Below are positions 56,218 to 64,000 of a DNA stretch of 64,000 nucleotides, one piece after another. Under the pieces are notes generated by a model. The model had not been told where the DNA came from and searched no databases. It saw only the letters and a program-made list of their open reading frames with translations. Location: the IMG/VR virus record IMGVR_UViG_3300043775_002158, positions 32,001 through 96,000 of that record, one strand, 5' to 3'. A program made the position numbers and the translations under genes. The stretch comes from a virus. Every line of letters begins with the position of its first letter. The stretch's first letter is position 1.

Positions 56218-58152
56218 TTAATGTTTCATTAATGCACCAACAGGTACACCTGACGCTTTAGGTATTGATATAAATGGTGTTTTTGCTAAATTATCGGCAA
56301 GTCCCTCAATGGCTGCTGAATGTGATAATAGATGATAATTAGGTTCTCCATTTACATCTCCTGTTGGGATACCCATTGCCTCCATTTTTTCATTAACATC
56401 CATAGATGTTTTAACGGCACTAAAACCAGGTAATTTATCTGCAATTAATAAAAGGACGTTTGGTATATTCAAACCCCCCGACGCACTTAATGCACCGTCA
56501 ATTGCAGCACCAATTGCACCAATTAAATCCGCACAGTTATTTATTCCAGTTTCAATTATTCTTTTTAATAATGCAATCAACGCAGCAATTACTATATAAT
56601 ATCTTCTAAACTTATCTCTTAATATTTTTTGTATTATTCTTTTTAAAAAATTCTTAAGATCGGCTTTAACTCTTTTCCAAAACTCACGTAAAAATTTCCA
56701 AAACAATTGGTTAATTGTACATAAGAAAATCTTTTTCAATAATTTCATTATTGTTTTTACATCGAATATCAATTGTTTTGCTCCCGCTGTAAATAATTTA
56801 TAAATTATTACAAATGGTAAAAACATTTTAGGTGATATTACACTCATTATTAAAGCCTTAGGTATGTTGAAGATAAAAGATAAATTTATGGATAATTGAA
56901 AACTAGGTAAATCGATCGCAAAATTAGATTGTTCGTATGCATCTGACGCGGCTTTATTTAATGCTCCATCTATCCATGTTCTTTGATCTGTCTTATCTTC
57001 TAAATAAATGAAGTCCTCAATATGAACCGTATTGTAAGGAACCTCATAGTTATTACAATCCACAAATTTTAAAACTTTTCTTCTTCTTGCATCTTCAGAA
57101 TCTATATCAATTCCTTCAACATCGTCAAAATCAAAATAAAATTCATCGGGTTCTTCATTTTCATGAAATAGATTTGTTGGAGTTTGTCCACTCAATTGTT
57201 CAGTTTGGTTATTACAAAAAGCGAACAATTTATTTAACATTCTTTCCAAGTTATTAATTGCCTCATCTAATGAAGGGGTAAAATCTAAAGGATTTTCCAT
57301 TCCTGTTGCAGATCCTCCGACTTTTACACCGGTTTTATCCGCGCTGACACTGGCGGCTTTTAAAGTAAGTAACATCGCTTTCTTTACAATTTCATTTAAA
57401 TCTGGCATTTCTATATTTGAATAATAATCATTAAAGAAATCTTCTACTTTAATAATACCATATTGTCCAAGACCCGGACCCTGTGTTAATCCACTTATTT
57501 GAAATGTTTGATCACTTGTACTCCAAGTTGATGTAAATAATGTTTTATTACTTGGTGTTTCATATTCAAATGTTCCTCCTGTAAATGAATTATATAGTCC
57601 TGTATTTACTTGAACTTTATTACCCCCCGTTCTTTTGGGGTTTTCATACATTATTGCACCATAATCACTTTTTGGTGGAACTCTAAACATATTTAAAAAA
57701 TCAATCTCTTTTGGTGAAATAACTACAGAGTCCATATCGGCACCTGTAAGAAATCGATCAGTACCACATATTCCTCCATTTGCAAAAAACGCACTTTTAA
57801 CGCAATCCATTAAAATTTGTTTTGCGGAATTAGATGTGACTTCTACAGAATCAATAACGTGTTGTCTTAATCTTTGAGTAGATTGAAATCTACTTGAGTC
57901 ATTAACTCTTCTACCTGCTTCTAAAAATTTATTTACTACACTAATAACTTCCTCAAAAATATTTTTTTGATTTTGTTTTTTCTTTTTTTTGTTTGCTAAC
58001 TTAGATTTAAACTGTTCTAATTTAGCATCTAAATTTGGTAATTTAGGGGCATGTTTTTTAATAAAGTCATCAGAATTAATTTCCATTTTAACTGACGCAC
58101 TATCAACACTTTTCTGAATTAAATCAATTTTGGTCTTTAATTTATCAAACAT
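56218..58152 (-). CDS. Hypothetical (probable structural) protein
   Basis: 644-aa ORF. Confidence 0.75.
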   Translation of the reverse strand: MFDKLKTKIDLIQKSVDSASVKMEINSDDFIKKHAPKLPNLDAKLEQFKSKLANKKKKKQNQKNIFEEVISVVNKFLEAGRRVNDSSRFQSTQRLRQHVIDSVEVTSNSAKQILMDCVKSAFFANGGICGTDRFLTGADMDSVVISPKEIDFLNMFRVPPKSDYGAIMYENPKRTGGNKVQVNTGLYNSFTGGTFEYETPSNKTLFTSTWSTSDQTFQISGLTQGPGLGQYGIIKVEDFFNDYYSNIEMPDLNEIVKKAMLLTLKAASVSADKTGVKVGGSATGMENPLDFTPSLDEAINNLERMLNKLFAFCNNQTEQLSGQTPTNLFHENEEPDEFYFDFDDVEGIDIDSEDARRRKVLKFVDCNNYEVPYNTVHIEDFIYLEDKTDQRTWIDGALNKAASDAYEQSNFAIDLPSFQLSINLSFIFNIPKALIMSVISPKMFLPFVIIYKLFTAGAKQLIFDVKTIMKLLKKIFLCTINQLFWKFLREFWKRVKADLKNFLKRIIQKILRDKFRRYYIVIAALIALLKRIIETGINNCADLIGAIGAAIDGALSASGGLNIPNVLLLIADKLPGFSAVKTSMDVNEKMEAMGIPTGDVNGEPNYHLLSHSAAIEGLADNLAKTPFISIPKASGVPVGALMKH

Positions 58153-58529
58153 TATAATGAATAGTTAGTTGATTTATTATCATTTCCGTCATTAACCAAT
58201 CTATCCAAAATCTCACGATCTTCGTCAGATAAAGTCAATTTACCCATAGAACCTCCACCACCCGGTCCCGCTGTAGTTTGTTTAAGTAAAACACTTTGTA
58301 ATTTAACTAATGAAATTTTCTTTTCCGTACAATCGTTAAGGATTTTCTGTTGTTCTTTAATAACAGGACCAATTGTACTCATGTCTTCAGCGTCCTTCAT
58401 AAAACTCATCATTTTTCTTAAAATGGTTGAGGCGGTATTTCTATTCTCAACGACATCGTTGTAGATCTCCTGCATTAAGGCTAACGCCGAATCAACATCT
58501 AATGTAATATTGTTTCTTTGTGTTCTCAT
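58152..58529 (-). CDS. Hypothetical helical protein
   Basis: TAATG coupling; TATTTATT upstream. Confidence 0.75.
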   Translation of the reverse strand: MRTQRNNITLDVDSALALMQEIYNDVVENRNTASTILRKMMSFMKDAEDMSTIGPVIKEQQKILNDCTEKKISLVKLQSVLLKQTTAGPGGGGSMGKLTLSDEDREILDRLVNDGNDNKSTNYSL

Positions 58530-58543
58530 ATCAATAAATAGAT

Positions 58544-59245
58544 TTATTCTAAAAACCCACCCAAAATACCGTCATATAATTTCTTATAACGTTTTAGGGA
58601 GACTCTAATCTCTTTTGTTGATAATGAGGTCATTTCTCTTAAAGAGAGTAAAATAAGGTTCTTATTGAATTTATTACCATCTCCTACTTGGAAAATCTTA
58701 TCAAAATTCCCAAATATCTCTAATAATGCATATCCTAATTTTCTTTCATTATCTGAAATATTTTTCTCTTTCTCAATAAAATTTTCTAAATCAATTGTAA
58801 GTTTTGTAATAACAGAACTATAATCAATAATATGTTCGTCAATTATAAAGGACAATTTTGGATCATCTTCAAAATCTGATGAAATATCATCATATGATAC
58901 TTGTCTGTTCTGTTCTTTAGTATCTTTCTGTATTGCTCCCATAAGGTAGTTTTTACAGATTGTACCAAAATAAGAATAAGCTTTAGTATTTTTTGTGTGA
59001 TCAAACTTGTTGATCTTGGTTATAAGAAAAGACATGGTATCCGTATGAATTTCTTCAAATTCCATATCTTTTCTATAAAGTTTATAACGTCGAATAATTG
59101 ATTCGACCATTATAATTAGGGGTTCTCGTAAATATTCGTTGAATATCTTATTTTTTTCTGCTTCATCAGTACTTTCTAAGTAATTGACTACCGCCTTCTC
59201 TTGATCCTCCCCAAAATAAATTTTTTGGGTTCTTGGTCTTGGCAT
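58544..59245 (-). CDS. Phage sigma factor, T4 gp55-like (late transcription)
   Basis: Region-2-like KINKFD...KAYSYFGTICKNYL. Confidence 0.7.
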   Translation of the reverse strand: MPRPRTQKIYFGEDQEKAVVNYLESTDEAEKNKIFNEYLREPLIIMVESIIRRYKLYRKDMEFEEIHTDTMSFLITKINKFDHTKNTKAYSYFGTICKNYLMGAIQKDTKEQNRQVSYDDISSDFEDDPKLSFIIDEHIIDYSSVITKLTIDLENFIEKEKNISDNERKLGYALLEIFGNFDKIFQVGDGNKFNKNLILLSLREMTSLSTKEIRVSLKRYKKLYDGILGGFLE

Positions 59246-60024
59246 TAAGCTACTTCATAATTTACGTCTCGTTTATTTTTAAAGAAAAATTCTTTCTTTG
59301 CGGTCTCCAACCAAAACTTAGCTTCATCTTCAGAAAGTTTATTTGCTTCATCATTTTTATATGACCAAAATAATGAATCTTCTCTGAAGTTTAAGTGTTG
59401 ATATCCTACACGTGGAACTGTCATAATTTTAACATTATTATGTGTTAATCTTAATAAAAACTCATAACCAAATGTTAGTTTAATATTCTCCTTTAATGAA
59501 CCGTTGTCTTTAATAACTTGAGTCTTATATAATCCTCCACTAATTTGGTAGTTTTGGAAATCTAATAAAACCTCATTATCTAACATACCTTGTTTTTCGG
59601 TAAATCCATAAGCCCATGTAGATTCATTTGTAAAACTTACAAAATTTCCCTCAACATTAATATCCTTAACAACTGGTAAAAAAACATCAACATCTTCATA
59701 TTTTTTAGCATACTCATTCGTGGATTTTAACCAAATAGATTTGTATTCATCATCCATTTCTAAAATACTAAACCATTCGGTATTACATTTTTCAATACCT
59801 AAATTAATTTGAGAACAAAAATCAGTTTTACCATTATTAGAAATAATTTCAATTTCTAAAACTTCTGAAAGATTGATTAATTCTGAGGTTAATGTAGTTG
59901 GAGCCACGATAAACAATTTAACATCATTATGAAATTGTTCAACTGATTTAATAGAATTATCTAACATTTCTTTATAAATGCCATCTATTTTATGTACAGG
60001 TAAAATTACTGTTATATTTTTCAT
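59245..60024 (-). CDS. Glycosyltransferase family 2
   Basis: ITVILPV, INLG, ILEMDD. Confidence 0.8.
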   Translation of the reverse strand: MKNITVILPVHKIDGIYKEMLDNSIKSVEQFHNDVKLFIVAPTTLTSELINLSEVLEIEIISNNGKTDFCSQINLGIEKCNTEWFSILEMDDEYKSIWLKSTNEYAKKYEDVDVFLPVVKDINVEGNFVSFTNESTWAYGFTEKQGMLDNEVLLDFQNYQISGGLYKTQVIKDNGSLKENIKLTFGYEFLLRLTHNNVKIMTVPRVGYQHLNFREDSLFWSYKNDEANKLSEDEAKFWLETAKKEFFFKNKRDVNYEVA

Positions 60025-60025
60025 A

Positions 60026-61081
60026 TTATTCTTCTTCTTTTTTTAAGTTTTCTAATGCCTTAGATAAAGTTTCAATCCTTTTATTAGTAAATGAATTGAA
60101 AATAGATAAGATATTATTTTTAGTTATTTCAGTATCATATGGTAATAAAGTATCTTTCATTTTTTGTTTTACTTCTTCTGTTAATTCAACACCGTCTAAC
60201 CAAGCCAAAACGTAAGTACCTAAAATGTCAACTAATTTAGTTTCGTCATATGTCCACATACCATTTTCTGTCAACCAATCAGGTTCAGTATTTGGTATTT
60301 TACCAATAACAGGTACATTTGATTTCATAGATTCTAAAGGGAATGTACCAAAAGTAGATTCATCATCAACCCATAAAGAAACCATACAATCTTTTAATGA
60401 TTCTGAAAATTCTTCATAAGACATTTGTACCATATCTTTAAAAGTAATCCAACGTAAATGTGGATATTTGATATAGAATTCGGAAATTAATTTTCTATGT
60501 TTAACTCTATCTCTACAACTAATTGCAATATAAGGTTTAATGATGTCATCACTATGTTTAAAATTATCACCAATAATTGGAGGAATAATGTGAACTAAAG
60601 ATTCAGGAAACAATTCTTGAACATATTTTTTACTTGATTCAGTGGTTACGATTACACGATCAAATCCATAATCACTCCAACGACTACCTACTGGTAATGT
60701 CTCAAAAATATATTCTTTTTGTTGTATTAACATTACTTTAGTACATCTAATATTTGACAATTGTTGTAAGACATTTGAATAATATTCGGGAACCACAATT
60801 ACATCATCAATTAAGATATTAATTTTATCTTCTTTAATTGATACGACATCTAAAACATTATATTTTTCACCTAACCATTCAGGTGTCGTATATGTTTTAT
60901 CTTCAACTAAAATTTTTGGATTACTTCCATTTTCTTTTAGAGTTAAAGCAATATCGTAAATGTGTTTTACTGCAGCTCTAGCGTTATTTTTAGTATCATA
61001 CGTTAAAAAATATATAACGTTTTCTTTTGTTTCTAACCTTCCTAAGGCTGATTCAATTTTTTCTATGTTTTCTTTACTCAT
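60026..61081 (-). CDS. Glycosyltransferase (GT-B/GT4-like)
   Basis: VVPE; STFGTFPLESMKSNVPVIG. Confidence 0.75.
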   Translation of the reverse strand: MSKENIEKIESALGRLETKENVIYFLTYDTKNNARAAVKHIYDIALTLKENGSNPKILVEDKTYTTPEWLGEKYNVLDVVSIKEDKINILIDDVIVVPEYYSNVLQQLSNIRCTKVMLIQQKEYIFETLPVGSRWSDYGFDRVIVTTESSKKYVQELFPESLVHIIPPIIGDNFKHSDDIIKPYIAISCRDRVKHRKLISEFYIKYPHLRWITFKDMVQMSYEEFSESLKDCMVSLWVDDESTFGTFPLESMKSNVPVIGKIPNTEPDWLTENGMWTYDETKLVDILGTYVLAWLDGVELTEEVKQKMKDTLLPYDTEITKNNILSIFNSFTNKRIETLSKALENLKKEEE

Positions 61082-61358
61082 CTTCGTCTTCTATTAAAAT
61101 TTGATTTTTTATTAATGTGTTAAATGCTATTTTGAAAGATACTGATGTTCCTTCTTGTGCAAATTTCCCCAATTCTTCGTCAACTTCGTCAATTTCACCT
61201 AAAACTCTATCCAAACACATTTTAATCACTTCGTATTTGAATATGTTTACTTCAGTTACTTCTGTTCCGTCTTCGTCAGGGACTGTTCCTCCTGTTCTAC
61301 ATTTTTCTGTGATTCCGTCAAGGTCAATGTAGTAGGATTTTCCAAAGATTTCAACCAT
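61074..61358 (-). CDS. Hypothetical protein
   Basis: Acidic 94-aa ORF. Confidence 0.7.
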   Translation of the reverse strand: MVEIFGKSYYIDLDGITEKCRTGGTVPDEDGTEVTEVNIFKYEVIKMCLDRVLGEIDEVDEELGKFAQEGTSVSFKIAFNTLIKNQILIEDEDE

Positions 61359-61942
61359 AAGTTTTGTATTTCAATTAATTTAGATATTTCTTTATCATAA
61401 GTAAAGAATTGATTATAAGTGGTGTTGAATTTAATTCCAGTTTTATTCTCGGGAACTAAGTCTATAATCTTTTTGTTATCAGTGATCCACATATCACATT
61501 GATTCCAATTAGATTCAATATCTTTAGTTCTAATAAATTTTATATTATTACCAAGAAAACCATTTTTAGATAAAAAGAATAATGTCGCAGGTTTTGCTTT
61601 ACCCATTTCATCTAAACCCACTAATGTAAAATTATGCTCGGGATTATCATACAAAATTTTGTGTAACTCGGTAAAGGTAGTTGAGTAACTTAATCCGGCG
61701 TGACCAAATATTTCAATAGGATATTCAATAAATAAAAAGTTTTCAAACTCTTCTTGTGATTGAAATTTGTGAGAATTTAAAAGATTATCATTTTGAATAG
61801 GTTCGGTAACAGCATATTCAAATGTATTTTCTTCTTCACCTTCAATTATAATGTCACTATTAAAATATGATTCATTATAATGATAATCAAATTTTTGAAT
61901 TGTATTTCTTAAAACCCCATCAATACTAATGTATATTTCCAT
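61256..61942 (-). CDS. HAD-fold 5'(3')-nucleotidase-like protein with degenerate motif I
   Basis: ISIDGVLRN; DMWITDN; TYN. Confidence 0.65.
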   Translation of the reverse strand: MEIYISIDGVLRNTIQKFDYHYNESYFNSDIIIEGEEENTFEYAVTEPIQNDNLLNSHKFQSQEEFENFLFIEYPIEIFGHAGLSYSTTFTELHKILYDNPEHNFTLVGLDEMGKAKPATLFFLSKNGFLGNNIKFIRTKDIESNWNQCDMWITDNKKIIDLVPENKTGIKFNTTYNQFFTYDKEISKLIEIQNLWLKSLENPTTLTLTESQKNVEQEEQSLTKTEQK

Positions 61943-61979
61943 TAGAAAAATATACAACGAATTGAGTTATAAGTAAATA

Positions 61980-62708
61980 CTATTCGTATCTATTTAAAAT
62001 TTCTCCGATGATTGGGTTTCTTACAATATCTTCCATACCGAATTCAAAGATTCCAATTCCCTTAACATCTTGTAATCTTTTCTTCGCATCGTATAAACCA
62101 GATTTTGTTTTATCTCTGAATTTATCTGATTGTTCAAGATCACCTGAAATAAAGAATTTAGAATTAAATCCAATACGAGTTAATAATAACTTAATCTGTG
62201 ATGGTGTGGCATTTTGAGCCTCTTCAAAAACAAGGATAGTATTATCTACGTTCCAACCTCTCATATAAGCAAGTGCCGCAACTTCAATATAACCTTGATC
62301 TTTTAATTCTTCTCTCGCCTCTTTACCTATAATTTTATTTAATAGATAATATGATGGATAAATGTATGGATCTAATTTCTCTTCTAAACCCCCTGGAAGT
62401 GATCCTAATTTCTCTTCAGCTTCAACTGCGGGTCTAACTATGATAATCTTCTCATACTTGTTAGAATCGTCATATAATAGGTCTACTGCACGTTTCATTG
62501 CTATGTAGGACTTACCCACACCTGCAGGACCGAAACATAATGTAATTTGATTTTCTCCAAGAATATTCCAATAGGTTTCTTGGTTTTTAGTGAGGAACTT
62601 TTCTTTAGGACGTTTGATGATTTGTCTTATCCTATCTTTATGTGATATTTTTTTCTCTTCTATTAATACGGGTGGTTGGATTGTTTTGGTTCTAGTTTTA
62701 TATGCCAA
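61980..62708 (-). CDS. phoH: PhoH-family ATPase
   Basis: GPAGVGKS, RPAVE, GSLPG, YMRG, EEAQN, GDLEQSD. Confidence 0.95.
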   Translation of the reverse strand: MAYKTRTKTIQPPVLIEEKKISHKDRIRQIIKRPKEKFLTKNQETYWNILGENQITLCFGPAGVGKSYIAMKRAVDLLYDDSNKYEKIIIVRPAVEAEEKLGSLPGGLEEKLDPYIYPSYYLLNKIIGKEAREELKDQGYIEVAALAYMRGWNVDNTILVFEEAQNATPSQIKLLLTRIGFNSKFFISGDLEQSDKFRDKTKSGLYDAKKRLQDVKGIGIFEFGMEDIVRNPIIGEILNRYE

Positions 62709-62751
62709 AATTGTTAGTTTTAAAAGTTCTGTTTATTGTTTATAAATATCA

Positions 62752-63384
62752 CTATTTTCCCGTAGATCCAAATCCACCAGATCCTCTTTCAGTATCAGAT
62801 AATTCAGGAACCTCAGTCATATATATGGTAGGATAAGGTAATATAATAATTTGAGCACCCCTTTCACCAATTTTGTATTTAATTGAGTCTAAACCTTGAG
62901 TTTTCTTAAATGTTGCTTGTAATTCACCTCTATATCCACTATCAATAACACCTACACAATTTGATAGTATTAAATCTTGGTTACGTACAGATGAACGTGG
63001 AAAAACTAACCCAACATAACCTTTAGGAATTTCCATTGCAATACCAAAACCGTACGATACACTAAGTGATGTGTTTTCAATTTCTTTTGTAATTGTTAAA
63101 TCCATACCAGCATCACCAACTTTTGAATATGATGGGATTACCGCATTTGTGTCTAATTTTTTAACCTTAACTAAAACGCCACCACCCGTCATCGTTGGTT
63201 GAGTGTTAATTATATTTTCTTCAGTAACAGGTTGAATTGGTTGTAATTCTTCTTGTAATTTTGTCAACAATTCATTTAATTCCGACATGAAATTTAAATC
63301 TAAATCATCTTCATTATCGGTTCCGATTGTTTTTTCAAAATCTTCTAATTTTTTTAAATATTCTTCAGCTTCTTTTTGGTCCAT
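62752..63384 (-). CDS. dut: Trimeric dUTPase with acidic N-terminal extension
   Basis: AGMDL, PRSS, GVIDSGYRGE, AQ, RGSGGFGSTG. Confidence 0.95.
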   Translation of the reverse strand: MDQKEAEEYLKKLEDFEKTIGTDNEDDLDLNFMSELNELLTKLQEELQPIQPVTEENIINTQPTMTGGGVLVKVKKLDTNAVIPSYSKVGDAGMDLTITKEIENTSLSVSYGFGIAMEIPKGYVGLVFPRSSVRNQDLILSNCVGVIDSGYRGELQATFKKTQGLDSIKYKIGERGAQIIILPYPTIYMTEVPELSDTERGSGGFGSTGK

Positions 63385-63385
63385 T

Positions 63386-63601
63386 TTATTTATTTTTCTT
63401 TTCTTCTAACCATTTATCTAACGCCTTAATTCTTTGTTTAAGGTTGTCATCTTGTGGACGTAAACATATTTCCACAAATAAATCGGTAATTCTTACCAAT
63501 TCTTCAAGAGTAACAGAAACACCAACTGATGTTACATATTCCAACGCCATTTTACTTTGTGATTGACGCATGATTTGTATTTCACGACTATAAAATTCCA
63601 T
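63386..63601 (-). CDS. Hypothetical protein
   Basis: ORF within the operon. Confidence 0.7.
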   Translation of the reverse strand: MEFYSREIQIMRQSQSKMALEYVTSVGVSVTLEELVRITDLFVEICLRPQDDNLKQRIKALDKWLEEKKNK

Positions 63602-63621
63602 ATCAGTTGGTGTTTAAATTG

Positions 63622-63858
63622 TTATTTTGATTTGTAATACTCTGGAGTGTTCTTTGAATCGATGATACATTCAATTGCCATTTTTGCAACTGAAATACTT
63701 TCACTAGATCGAACGTCTCCTGCTCTGTATTTCGATGCAACAATCGTCGCCTCTTCTACAGTCTCAGCTTCAATAATGTATTTTAATTTTTGAAGACGAG
63801 GGTTTCCTGCTCTGTCCATTTGTTCGGTCTCATAACCGATTGTAACTAAATAATGCAT
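63622..63858 (-). CDS. Hypothetical protein
   Basis: ORF within the operon. Confidence 0.7.
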   Translation of the reverse strand: MHYLVTIGYETEQMDRAGNPRLQKLKYIIEAETVEEATIVASKYRAGDVRSSESISVAKMAIECIIDSKNTPEYYKSK

Positions 63859-63864
63859 GTTGTT

Positions 63865-64000
63865 TTATTTTATTATTGATTTAAAAAATTCTACTCTATC
63901 TTTACATACTTTTTTTAATGAGTATGTGTCTTTAACTGTTTCATATAAACGATTACCCAAGTCTTCAATCATATTAGGATTCTCAACTAAACGTTTCATA
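63865..64000 (-). CDS. C-terminal end of a probable glycosyltransferase (partial)
   Basis: ...KRLVENPNMIEDLGNRLYETVKDTYSL... resembles a GT-B terminal helix. Confidence 0.55.
   Translation of the reverse strand, partial: MKRLVENPNMIEDLGNRLYETVKDTYSLKKVCKDRVEFFKSIIK

Overview
AT-rich 64-kb segment of a large (jumbo/huge-type) T4-like phage using the standard genetic code. It very probably infects a Bacteroidota host, given TTTG-N19/20-TAnnTTTG promoters, Q-rule signal peptides, T9SS-CTD-like domains and a Flavobacterium-like bS21. It contains: (i) glycosylation genes (GT4/GT25/GT11/FkbM/glf, GT2s); (ii) an RNA-rich block with a tmRNA, an ~870-nt GOLLD-like structured RNA, six tRNAs and structured spacers; (iii) a 13-kb co-directional island (16670-29555) of envelope-targeted proteins (CsgG-like, dockerin/cohesin, C-type lectin+LCCL, beta-barrels, lipidated T9SS-CTD-like domains, lipase, FeoA, PspC); (iv) an RNA-repair module, ClpC, Hsp20, two KTSC proteins and a nucleotidyltransferase; (v) the head module (terminase, portal, bS21, prohead protease, scaffold, major capsid); (vi) baseplate-like genes, a gp55-like sigma factor, PhoH and dUTPase. 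The most novel-looking signals are the envelope island, unannotated small RNAs with long-distance complementarity (9690-9780 vs 32577-32681; 29556-29621 vs the start of the island), and a TATTTATA late motif implying near-leaderless mRNAs. All family calls come from motif recognition by eye; no database searches or folding programs were run.
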